Positions 12,801 through 23,945 of a DNA stretch of 41,905 nucleotides are shown piece by piece. The stretch is taken from assembly GCA_001687465.1 (NCBI GenBank), contig LVLI01000208.1, positions 124,001 to 165,905 on the forward strand, given 5' to 3'. A program made the position numbers and the translations under genes. The first letter of the stretch is position 1, and each line of letters begins with the position of its first letter. This DNA comes from Halocafeteria seosinensis. Lineage: Eukaryota. Under the pieces are notes generated by a model, which saw only the letters and a program-made list of their open reading frames with translations, did no database searches and was not told the origin of the DNA.

Positions 12801-15800
12801 AGTTTGGGAGAACAATGATTCTGTATCGGGCAGAACCACACCGAATTCTTGAAATGATGCGTGATACTACACGGTCTGCAGCTACACAAATGGCTCAACG
12901 GGTCTATCGAGGACACCGAGTTAGACAAGCTGTTTTGCGTCTTCGCAATATTCGTAACGTGCTGAGAGAAGCAATAGCAAGCCGTCGCAGCGATCAACTG
13001 GAGCGCGCTCTAGAAAGAGCGTCGAGTAAACAATGCTGGTTCCCACTTCCTGAGATCAAACAAGCAAGTGATGTGTTACAGCGAGTCAGGGAAGAGGAAG
13101 CAGCAAGGGAAATGTTGGAGGAATTGCTCCCTAAAGACCCAGCGGAGGTATATGAAGAATATAAGGTGGCACTCAAGGATGCTGTGAATCTAGACCTTAC
13201 AGAAGAAGACGTCTACAAAAAAGCGAAAAAGAAGTACGACACGGTAAAGCAACGCATGGAATGCAAGAGGTATCTCGAACAAGGAATTGAGAATGGGGAT
13301 CGTGTGCTTATTGAAAGTGCTCTCGACTTAGCAGAAAAGTTAATACCGGAGTGGGGCGACATAATCACCCCCGTTCAACGAGAACAAGCGGAAAAGACGC
13401 TGCGTATTATCAAGGAAGAGGAGGAAAGCCTCGCTTCTGTGAAAGAGGCTCTGAGCACCGGGAAGATTTGCGGGAAGGTTGGGGAACTTTTATGTGACAG
13501 CATTTCCGTCGAAAGTATCGACAAGGCCCTGTTACACCATGAGCAAACAGACGCTGTTACGAAGGCTGGTCAACGGCTAATCCAGAGTGCGAAGCACGTC
13601 CGCGCCTTGCGGGCCAGCGTTCTCCAAGCAATGGAGCAAAATTCGGCTTGGGAGCACGTTGAAGATGCTCTCAAGAATGCCCTCCTTGCCAAATGCAAAG
13701 GCGAGCTATCGCGAGACGTCCATGATGAAGTAACGCTTCTGCTGATGGAAGTTCTTAACAAGCGGGAAGAGGAACGAGTGACGGAGGCACTATCACGAGG
13801 AGCAGCGAAAGGCTCTGCCGCAAGTCTCGACTTACAGTCTGTTGAATTTCAGCACTTGAATCCTTTCGTAGAAGAATACAATTTTAGGCAACGAAGAGGA
13901 GACGTTGCTCTGGAAGACCTCCTCGGTGATGACAATGAAGATGCGAAAGACTTTGAATATTCCTTCCTGAGGAGCAAAGGCATTGCAGCCCAAGATATTG
14001 ATCTAAGTTCCCAGACGTTCCAACGATTGCAAAGAAGCGACTCAGCCCAACCGTTTACCACACGAAAGCGTCAGAGTGTTCTTGAGCGCAGCAAACAGCA
14101 ATCAATGCCTATTTCGAAATATGTAGAAAACTTGTACAAGTTGACTGAAGTAACTTTGCGGCTCCGGAAAGCAGAGTATCAGAAAGACTGGCAAGGAATC
14201 AGGAGAGTAGTAAAGGAAGCGCAGAATTTATCTACCCCTCCGTTTCTGGAACATGAATTTCAGCTGGCACTGGAAGTGTATAACAACCACGTTGTGGTTA
14301 ATACTCTAGTAGACGCACTGAAGGAGGGTGGTGCAGGTGGTAATGTGGGCGATTTGGATGTTACCGTTATTGACAAATTTAAGTTGTCTTCTGCGTTGGA
14401 AAAGGTCAAAGAATATCATACGAACAGCGAAAAGGTGAATTCCTTGAAGGAACTCGCGAATATAGTGCTGGATGTCAGAACTGCAATGATTGACGATGAG
14501 TGCGAAACACTCGAGGAGATTGTGGAGCGTACTTCCGGTATTCCTGACGGGCACATTCCTGAAGAGACAAAGCAGGAACTCGATATGGCACGCAAAGAAG
14601 CTCAAAACATAAGAATACTTGAAAAACTTAACACAGCGCTGAGTCACGGAGGACCTAAGGGCCGTGTTGGCGCCTTAGATGTCGACAAGATTGATGTGAA
14701 AGGCTTACAAGAGGCAATACGGCATGCCGAGAAGCTGGAGTGTATCACGGAGGAGGCAAAATGGCTACAAGAAGTAGCTGAAGGTATGATAGAAATTCGC
14801 TACGCAATGCGGGACCGCAAATGGGATAATTTACAGAGTTTGATTTTGTCTGTGAACGCTCTTGATCATTGCACTACCCACTTGGGCAACCCGGAAGACT
14901 TCAAAGGAACGCGAGCCCCGCGAATCCGAAGCATGAGCGTGACACCTTCTAACGTGCGGCTCAGTGGGTTTCGAGGTGGATTGGAGCGATTATCAAAGGT
15001 CGATGGCATGCAAAGACGAAGCAAAAGAGGCACTGCTCTTTTTGGTCACCATCCGAAAGGTATTGGGATCGATGAAGCATCAGAGTACCCCACGGATCAA
15101 GGGTATGAAGAAAAGCACGACTTCCGACTCCCGCTGGCTGTTCGCTGGGAACTACAAGCTGTACAACATGAACTTGACAACAAGAAAATAATAGATTCTT
15201 TAAAAGAGGGCCTAAGCCATGGGAAGTGTTCCGGTGCTATTGGTGCTCTTTTGGAGGAAGGGGTGGTGGACGATACTCGACTGAGGGAGGCTGTTGATAC
15301 AGCTAATAATCTCGGCCCGAAAACTGATGAAGCTCACGCGTTACTTCACTCCGCTTCTATAATCCTAAAGCTGAGAAGGGGTGTCAAGACAAATGATTTC
15401 GACCAAGTCCGAGAAGTGCTTGCTCAATGTCCCAATGTAGGGCCGCCTCACGAAGATCCCAGTTTGAAGGCGTTGTTTTCCCGGTCCCCGATTTCGACGC
15501 CACAAGGTAAAGGCACTCACTCGGAGCTTGTTCCCGAGGCTTTGGAGGAGGCTGAACGTGTGCGCCAAGAAGCAGACTATCGACTCACAATTGCTACATT
15601 CAGGGAAGCTCTCCAAGAGGGCAACGTGGCCGGTGAAGTAGGAAACCTCGATACTTATCATGTCGATACTTCCAAACTCGCGACTGCAATCGATATGGCA
15701 CGAGAAATTAATGCGGATACACCGGAGGCGGAGTATATGCTGGAGCTTGGGCGCCGCATCTGGCAATTGAGAAATGCGGTACTTGACGAGCATTGGTACG

Positions 15801-18800
15801 CCATCGAGTCCATCGCTGAATCATGTGTGTCATGCATTCAAACAAACCCGTTGTTGGTACCTGAAGAGGCTAGCCGAGAAATTTACCTTGTAGAGGAAGA
15901 AGTCCGGAACCGCAGGGTCGTTACCGCTCTTAAGGATTCCCTCTACGAAGGACGGCCAGAGGGCGAAATCGGCCGTCTGAACCTTGCGGCAATTGACGTG
16001 CAACCACTAGAAGATGCAATGGGATTGACACTTGATATCGGTCTAACGACGAAAGAAGCGCGTTGTCTTGTTGCAACTTGTGTGCACGTGCGTTCTTTAC
16101 GAATCACACTTATGGGGGGATCGTGGGACCGCCTTGGTAGACTGCTGGCCTATGCCCAAGCCGTCATCAAACATGGAACTGGTGACTCGTATATAACAGT
16201 CGAAGATGAAGATGGCGGAAGACCAACTCACCCAAGTGGAGAAATGGGTCAGTGGAAGGTTTTGGACGAATATACGGAAGCTGTGGCTCAGGCTGCGAAG
16301 CAAGTTGTTAGTCAAGACGCAACTGTTATGGACTCTGCGTTTGAGTCCTTCGTCTTCGATATTTGGAAAGATGGGCTTGCCGCCGACGCTGTCCCAGAAA
16401 TCGAAGTGATGCAAGCGGAGCTAGATAATAGAAACGTTATTGTTCAGCTAACCAAAGCACTTTATGAAGGTGCTATACAAGGAGCCATCGGCAACATAAA
16501 CTACGAGAACATTGACACGTCGGGGCTGGAATGGGCCATTTCGTATGCAAACAAAATGGGCTGTATAACTGGTGAAGCACGACAATTGCTCCGCAGTGCT
16601 GAAGTTATCAAGCGTCTTCGACAAGCTGTCAGTAGTGAGCAGTGGAGTCAAGTGCAGCAGGTTCTTCGGGACGCCAAGTCAACTGTACTAGCCGATCTGG
16701 TTGCACCCGAAATCAATTTGGTACAGGATGAACTTTCAAATCGAACAGTACTGAATGAATTAACCGCTGCTATGTCCAAAGGTCGGCCGACAGGTGAAAT
16801 AGGCAGACTATACGATGGTAATATCGATACGAAGAGGCTCGTCCAGGCTATTGAATACGCAGAGAATATTGGGTGCAAAACTGAAGAAGCTGAAGTCATG
16901 CTTTCCACTGCGCGAGTGGTCCTTAGGCTCCGTCAGCACGTTCTTAATAAAGACTACAAAGGAGCTGCACATTGCCTTGACGAGCTTCGTAATCAACCGG
17001 TGGCGACAGTTGCCTTGGGCGAAATCAAGAGCTACCAGGATGAAATTGATAACTGGGTTGTCATAAGCTTGCTTAACGCTGCGCTTTCCTCGAACCAGAT
17101 AGGAGGAGATCCCGGAGAGCTGGACATATCGCATGTTTCCACTGACCGATTGGTAAAAGCAATTAAACGAGTCCAGGAAATCGGATTCCGAACAGACAAC
17201 GGAAGACGTTTGTACCAGTTCTCGAAACTCGTTCTGGAGCTGCGGCGTGCGGTATTGGAGGGGGACTGGGAGCGTATTAGGGAAACTCTGGATGATTGCG
17301 AAGTCGATTCTGCTCCCGATTCATGCCGCAATGAAATTGAATTATGTAGAGCTGAACTCGACGACAGATGGATCACCTCGCTGTTCACAACCGCGCTGAG
17401 CAGCGGAGGTCCGGAAGGAGAAGTGGGTAACATGGACACCTCATGTATGGATGTGTCTATTCTTGATGAAGCCATTGCAACCGCGCTCGAAAAAGGAACA
17501 AGTACAAAGAAGAGCAGCGATCTACTTGAGGCCGGCAAGACTATGCGGCGCTTGCGATCAATTGTCAAGGCTGAAAAGTGGGAACTAGTTGGCAAGGCAC
17601 TGCGTGAAGCTCGGGAGAATAAAGATCTTTTCCCGTTGGCGTCATTGAAGGAACTACAGCTTGTCCAAGATGAATACGATAACAGATCAGTTGCAGAAGC
17701 CTTAAGGGACGCAATGTCAAGCGGTGGTCCTCGAGGCTCCGCCGATAATTTAGAGATCGAGGATGTCGTCGAAACTGGCAAGCTCGACGAGGCTATATCG
17801 TATGCTAGAGCGCTTGGCTGTTTAACAGAGGAAACCAAACTTCTTAAAAAATCTGCAGAAATCCTAAGGTCACTTCGACACGCTTTGTTGGCCAACGATT
17901 TCGAACAAGCCAAGGCGGTGCTGAATGAGCAGATAGATCAAGCCATTGTCTCAGAGGCGGAGGACGAAGTCGAATTAGTAGATGATGCTATTCGCTGCTG
18001 GGTCACATTGCGCAATTTGAACCAAGCAATAGCTTCCGGAAGGGTAACTGGAACACCGGGTATGCTTGATACCGACACCGTCGATACGAATGCACTAGAA
18101 GAGGCAGTCCGCTATGCTGAACGCAGTAATACTACAGCATCATCAACCCGCCGCTGCCTTCACAGTGCTAGACACCTGCTGACGCTTCGTTCCCTCTTTC
18201 GCAACCATGACTGGCAGAAACTTCGCGAAACACTAAATGGATTGAAAGCTGATGTTGATGTGACTGCAGCCGTGCGTGAAGAGGCCGAATTAATTGAACA
18301 AGATCTCACTATTCGGCAGGCATGTGAAAATCTAAGAAAGGCGTACGGGACAGGCGACGAGGAGTTGCTGCATAGTGCTCTCAGCGAGGCGCAAACGCTC
18401 GAGCTAGCGACGCATTCAAGCGCTACGGTCCGTTCCTTGGTCGAAAAAGTGCAGGGGGAAGTCAGTCATGTGCAGCATGTGCGGCAGAAAATTGAAGACG
18501 CGAACTACAGAAGGGATGCGGGCGCACTCCAGGAAGCTCTCGATCAATCCCGGCAGATGACGTTCAGCGACTCATTAGTCGATACCGCTGAAAATACATT
18601 GCATCGGATACGGGAAGTCAATGAAAACGCCCGCAAGGCTATTAGACGAGTAGATTCTTTAGCTCTAGAACAAGCGAAAGAACAGTTCGACGGAGAAGGC
18701 CTCGAAAACCAATATTATCAGGAAGTGGTATCTTTGTTAGAATTGAATGAAGGTGATTTCTTACGGAAAGCCCTATCGGCTGCTGTTGAAGAAAAAGACA

Positions 18801-19756
18801 CGGAACGCGTTATTTCGATAACAATGCGTCTAAAAGAGATGTTCTTTCAGGAAATTCATCAGGAATATGGCGAGGGCAATGAGGATCCGTTTGCCCTTTG
18901 GAATTTCCCAAAACTCAAGGATCCAATTGCATTGGTTGCTGGTTCTCCTCGCTCCCCGAGTGCCCATTCTTTCCCGAAAACCACGAAGGAGACTGTTTGT
19001 TGGCAGCAGGAGCCGATTAAAACCAGCCTTACCAACTTATCTGACCCGTATACTAGACGTCTCGCTGTCAAGACTTTTCGGAGTATCCTCGCTTTCATGG
19101 GAGAGAGAAATTCTTCTCGACCGTGTGAGCTAGCGTCGGAACTCATAGAAATTTGTATCGAAAACATTGCCCTGCGGGATGAGTGTTTCCTCCAGATATG
19201 CAAACAACTGACAGGAAACCCCTCCTCGGCCAGCCTTGCCAGAGGCTGGGTGTTGTTACACGTGGTACTGCAACACCTACCTCCTACTGAAGATGCTGAG
19301 AATTATATAGAGAACTTCATTCGGACGCAAGGATCGCGAAAATGTCTACGAGCTTTGCATCTCTCACTTTACAATGGTTCTGCTTCAATTCCTCCAAGTG
19401 CTGCTGAGATAGAGAGTGCATTGAACGCGTCGAATGCACCACCCTTGCCAATCATTGTGAGAAGCCCAAGAAATGACTCACCGACCAACGGACATTCGTC
19501 GGCTGACCAGCAAAGAAGTACTCATGAAACTCATCAGCAAAAGTTACCGGAACCTTCTCCGCTGTCAACAAAGAGCGGAAATACAAGCCTGAATCGTCGA
19601 ACAACCAAGACTCCACCGCCTCCACCTCCTCGTCCTGAGGATGGACGTGCATATTGGGATGATAAAAGCAGCAAGACACCTCAGGCCGGTGGTGGTACGC
19701 GAAACAATAAAAGTGACCGACTGAAGGCTCTTAATGAAAGTCTATCCAGGTATTAA
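9844..19756 (+). CDS. giant unconventional myosin (~3216 aa): SH3-like N-domain, motor, 1 IQ, repeat tail, MyTH4, Pro-rich end; class IV-like architecture
   Basis: Exons 9844-11070, 11138-12098, 12163-12285, 12352-12446, 12512-19756 total 9651 nt in frame. P-loop GESGSGKT, switch I NDNSSRFGK, ERNYHIFY, switch II DIFGFE, PHYIRCIKPN, IQ-like AQRVYRGHRVR, MyTH4 WQQEPIKTSL...LRDECFLQICKQLTGNP...RGW...PPSAAEI. Confidence 0.95.
13439..18331 (+). repeat. 13 tandem protein-level repeats (~104-110 aa core) in the myosin tail
   Basis: In-frame unit starts at 13439, 13778, 14306, 14627, 15200, 15599, 15929, 16448, 16760, 17072, 17384, 17702, 18017. Consensus LxxALxxGxxxGxxGxLDxxxIDxxxLxxAIxxA...TxEAxxLLxxAxxIxxLRxA...W...ExxLxxxExxN. 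Confidence 0.9.
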
Positions 19757-19883
19757 TGGTCCATTTTTCATCTAAATGCACAAACATGTGGTACCCAACC
19801 TAACCTATCCTAACCGTAGCATGCCCTCATAATTCTCTACAACTACCATTGACTACCCTCAAATCGATTCGACATATTTTTGT

Positions 19884-20234
19884 TCAACTTTCTTGAGCTT
19901 TCATCATGAGTACCGTCCCATGTATCAATCCTAACGCAATCGTCCCATAAAAGAGTCTATCCCGCAGCATGGGTCGATGTCTGAATTCCATCAAACTTGT
20001 AACTTTCGAGTTCATAGCAGTGTGCGTGGCGTGCACTTACCTGAAGCCAATGCGAATCAAAGGCAAAGTCGGTGCAAACACCAGCGGCGTCATGTAGGTC
20101 CAATTAATCCTCCGAGTCCCCGGTGGAACTGTCATGGGTGCTTCCCACTCGTCGTCATCCTGCTGGTGCCCTTGCTGCTGCTGGGGAGAAGTCACACTCG
20201 ATTCGGGAAGGCGATTATAGCGATTCGGATTCAT
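19884..20234 (-). CDS. small (~96 aa) membrane protein, PLVFAPTLPLIRI...RDRLF...HG family; function unknown
   Basis: Exons 20234-20041 and 19980-19884 (60-nt intron) give MNPNRY...INWTYMTPLVFAPTLPLIRIGFRHRPMLRDRLFYGTIALGLIHGTVLMMKAQES. From memory this resembles an uncharacterised small protein of plants and algae. Confidence 0.75.
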
Positions 20235-20442
20235 TTTCCAATTTCCTTCTCGTTTTTCCAATGGTACTACCACCAATACATTAGACTTGAGATCAACTGA
20301 TTCGGCGTCCGAGTCAGATGACAAACAAATCGCAAACTAGGCGGTGTAGCACATACAGTTGTACTCAGCATGTGTGTGTGTGTGTATTCCCTTTTGAATA
20401 ATATTCACTCGCTACTACCCTAGTTATTTTTTAACCTACCGA

Positions 20443-23373
20443 TCAATTCCAACGACGTTTGCCCTTGTTTGGCTTCTCCGTCGCTCCCTCCGGAACCTCA
20501 TTTTGCTGTTGTGGTTGCTCGGAAGATGATTGAGCTGATTCATTTTCAGCATGATCATGTCCCTGTGACTGAGTATTCATATTATCCGTGCGTTTAGTCG
20601 AATTGCTTTTCGACTGTTTCTCTTCCTTGGAAGAAGTGGGAGCCTTGACTTTGGCAGCGGCATCTGCAGCTTGTCGAACTGCAGGGGAGGACGGCTTGTT
20701 TCCACCACTAGCATTAGAATGCGATTCAGCCTTTTGGTTTACCGTAGCACTTGCACTACTAGCGCTTGCAGCCGCTGTTTGCGCTTGAGGCTGCTCTTGG
20801 TTCTCTGAGCTGGCGTCATTCCCGGATTTTTTTGAGCCGAATCCTAAAAGCCCCCAACCACTACCACCGCTTCCAGATGTTTTCTTTGCCTCCTCTTTCC
20901 TCCTTCGCTCCAGCTCTTCTTCTTTTTCCTTTGCCCTCAGTTGTTCAGGGGTCAAAGGAATCTCTTCCCCTCGGATAACTTTTCGGACCTGATCTTGATT
21001 GAGGGTCTCGTGTTCCATTAAAGCCTTGGCCAGATACTCAAGTTCCGCACGATGTTGCAAGATGCACGCCTTTGCACGTTCATACGAGTGCCGTAATATT
21101 GCTTCCACCTCTTCGTCGATCTTTGCTCTCGTCTGTTCAGAAGGACGTCCGTCGGGGTTATTATATTCCCCACCAGTGAACTGAGAGAACCCGAGCTTCG
21201 ACATGCCAAAATACTTAACATATTGTCTAGCAAGATCACTAGCACTTTGAAGATCACCCATGGGTCCCGTACTAAGATTTTCTTCACCATTAATCAACTC
21301 TTCGGCGATCATACCACCAAAAGCCAAATCTATCTTTGCCAAGATTTCCTTGCGAGTCATATTTCCTTCATCTTTGGGGAAATAGTAGGTCTGCGGAGTA
21401 TATGCGTTGCAAATACACGTGAAGAACCACAAAGACTTAACACTCGAGAAAGTATAGGTACTTACTGCTCCTCCTGATTGGCCACGGGAGAGTACTGTGA
21501 CCTTGTGTAGCTCCGGTCCTCCATCCGTGAACAAGTTAACAATCGTGTGGCCCGCTTCATGATAGGCTGTTAAGCGTAGCTGCTCACTGGTCTTCTTACG
21601 ACTCTTCAGCCCCGGACCCATCAGTTGTTTATCTCTAGCTTCCTCTAAATCTGTTAATTCAATATATTGGCCACCTCGACTCGCTGCCATTATGGCAGCA
21701 CTGTTGATCAACGCGGCGATATCAGCACCAGTGCAGCCCGGGGTTTGCTTGGCGAGGAGTTCGGCGCTGACATCAGCAGATACTTTAACTTTCGACAGAT
21801 ATGCTTTGAAAATTTCACAACGACCGTGCATGTCTGGTTTTGGCACGGGCACCTGACTGTCGAATCGCCCAGGTCTCCTTAAAGCACTGTCAAGGCTTTC
21901 TTCATCGTTAGTAGCGGCAAGAACAACGACGTTATCGTTCTTGTCGAATCCATCTAAACACGCAAGGAGCTGATTCAAAGTTTGGCGTTCAGAGTTGCCG
22001 CCTACGTTTACATTTCGCCGCTTCGCGCCCATGGCATCAATTTCATCAATGAATATGATTGAAGGAGCCTGAAGAAAACAGACGAAATAAAGGGTGAGAT
22101 CAACCATATGCGCTAATGGGGATGACAAACTTACGTTTTGTTTGGCAGTATCAAATAACTCCCGGACTCTCTTTGCACCCAGACCGACAAGCATCTCCTC
22201 GAATTCAGAAGCACTCTTCGAATAAAACTTGACGCCGGCTTCTCCAGCCACAGCCCGCGCAAGCATCGTTTTGCCCGTACCAGGGGGCCCAGTTAGTAGA
22301 ATTCCTTTCGGCACCCTTGCCCCTAGAGCCTGATACTTTTCCGGATATTGCAAGTACTGAACTACTTCCCGAAGCTCTGCTTTTGCTTCGTCAACTCCTC
22401 GAACATCTTCAAACCTTGTGTCAGGAATATCCCCCGTTTCTTCTGGAGGCCCTCCCGTTATATTTTCAAACGGATTATTGCCTCCGCCTTTCTTCATAAA
22501 GACTTTGTATAGAATGTAAATGAGAAATATGCTCATACCAATTTTGGATAAAGTGGCAATAACGTCTAAGAGGGTCGGTTTCCGCGGTTTCTGTTCCACA
22601 ATGACGGGATTATCCATCGTACCGATATTCTGGGATCCTCCGCCTCCTCCACCACCACCGCCAAACGCATATCCACCACCACTGCCAGTTGCACTAGTTC
22701 CCCACGGTCCAGCTGCCGCATTTGCTGCCGCCTGTGAGAACCTGCTGTTGGGAGGTGTTTGCCCAACGAAATTCCCACCATATTGTTGCTGGGGCTGCTG
22801 TTGCTGCTGGAACCCTTGTTGCTGGTACTGCGTCCCAGACGCATTCCGAAGAGCATCTAGCGTGGAGTTATACTGGTTTTCACTTATTACGTTGGTCGAA
22901 ATTAATGCTCTCACATATTCTTGCAGCACTGAATCATTCACCGCAAATCGCCGGCTTTCATATCGTTTGATCACTTCCGAGGACATCCCTGATCTGTTTA
23001 AGAGGGAGCAAAAATCCGCCTGCTTCCCAGCGTCTCCAGGGTTGTTATTGGCGTCTTTCTCGGCTTGACGTAATTGAGAAGCTCGACTAAAGCCCAAATA
23101 GCTCAGGAATTTCTTTTGCTCGGTTATACGCTGGTGTGAAGGCATAGAGACCTGTGGATGGAAGGGCGCCAGCACGCGCATAGCTGGGGCCCACTCTTTC
23201 GATGGTCCTGAGGGCTTAGGGCCGTGAGGAAAGGATGTAAAAGACCTCATTAAGCCTCCTGACGTCAATGAACTCCTCCTCTCCAGGGCTTCCAGACTGC
23301 TCTGAAAGGCCCTCTTCGAAGGCATACGGCCTCGTAAGACCTCTTTCAACCATGGCTGCATTGACCCATTCAT
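20443..23373 (-). CDS. YME1L1: mitochondrial i-AAA metalloprotease (YME1L/FtsH4 type)
   Basis: Walker A GPPGTGKT, Walker [20 protein letters not shown], Zn motif HEAGH, one TM segment, basic presequence. Introns 22069-22134 and 21391-21465. Start ATG at 23373 (or 23361). Confidence 0.92.
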   Translation of the reverse strand: MNGSMQPWLKEVLRGRMPSKRAFQSSLEALERRSSLTSGGLMRSFTSFPHGPKPSGPSKEWAPAMRVLAPFHPQVSMPSHQRITEQKKFLSYLGFSRASQLRQAEKDANNNPGDAGKQADFCSLLNRSGMSSEVIKRYESRRFAVNDSVLQEYVRALISTNVISENQYNSTLDALRNASGTQYQQQGFQQQQQPQQQYGGNFVGQTPPNSRFSQAAANAAAGPWGTSATGSGGGYAFGGGGGGGGGSQNIGTMDNPVIVEQKPRKPTLLDVIATLSKIGMSIFLIYILYKVFMKKGGGNNPFENITGGPPEETGDIPDTRFEDVRGVDEAKAELREVVQYLQYPEKYQALGARVPKGILLTGPPGTGKTMLARAVAGEAGVKFYSKSASEFEEMLVGLGAKRVRELFDTAKQNVSLSSPLAHMVDLTLYFVCFLQAPSIIFIDEIDAMGAKRRNVNVGGNSERQTLNQLLACLDGFDKNDNVVVLAATNDEESLDSALRRPGRFDSQVPVPKPDMHGRCEIFKAYLSKVKVSADVSAELLAKQTPGCTGADIAALINSAAIMAASRGGQYIELTDLEEARDKQLMGPGLKSRKKTSEQLRLTAYHEAGHTIVNLFTDGGPELHKVTVLSRGQSGGAVSTYTFSSVKSLWFFTCICNAYTPQTYYFPKDEGNMTRKEILAKIDLAFGGMIAEELINGEENLSTGPMGDLQSASDLARQYVKYFGMSKLGFSQFTGGEYNNPDGRPSEQTRAKIDEEVEAILRHSYERAKACILQHRAELEYLAKALMEHETLNQDQVRKVIRGEEIPLTPEQLRAKEKEEELERRRKEEAKKTSGSGGSGWGLLGFGSKKSGNDASSENQEQPQAQTAAASASSASATVNQKAESHSNASGGNKPSSPAVRQAADAAAKVKAPTSSKEEKQSKSNSTKRTDNMNTQSQGHDHAENESAQSSSEQPQQQNEVPEGATEKPNKGKRRWN

Positions 23374-23890
23374 TGTAAGAAGGTATTCGCGTGGCAAAAT
23401 TGTATTTGTAACAATACGAGATAAATTATTCCACAAAATGGCAGCGTCAGGCCGGTTCGTTCCATGAGGTTGAAGTTCCCCACCCTTTTTCGTCCCCTTT
23501 CTTCTCCCCTCTTCGTTGGACCCACTCGTATCGCGTCACCTTGGACAGGGGAAGGGCAACGAGACAAACTTTTGTCACACTTGCAGTTCAAGAGGAAGTT
23601 TTGTCTCCAAGCACACAATAGTTACGCTAGTTCTGGCACCGTTACCTTAGCACAGTTCACCAATGCAGTAGTTACGTCTACGACCGGGAACCAAGAAGTA
23701 AGAGGTTTCCATAAGTTTTCACTTCGTGATCTGCCATGGCCATTGGTCACATGTGCACTTGTGTCCCAGTTGCAACTTAAGCTTGCTCCGTGGTTGAAAA
23801 AAGCATTGTTTGACCCGGAACAAGGGTTGTCGCAGGTTCAGCTGAATCAGATTATCATAAAACTGACCCTTTTGTTTGTTTGTATTGTAC

Positions 23891-23905
23891 GGGGTTAGGG
23901 TTAGG
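23891..23905 (+). repeat. short interstitial telomere-type repeat GGGGTTAGGGTTAGG
   Basis: About 2.5 TTAGGG units, 40 nt upstream of the methyltransferase ATG. Confidence 0.4.
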
Positions 23906-23945
23906 ACTTGTCGACTCATATGAGTGACCCTGTTAGCACTTCACT

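Noticed and set aside
17032..17913. 293-aa antisense ORF inside the myosin
   Set aside because: Ser-rich shadow of the E/L/A-rich sense frame; no motifs.
20371..20385. (TG)n tract; also (CA)n near 25655-25678
   Set aside because: Ordinary short microsatellites.
22520..23068. 182-aa Pro/Cys-rich ORF antisense to YME1L
   Set aside because: Mirror of the Gly/Gln low-complexity codons on the coding strand.
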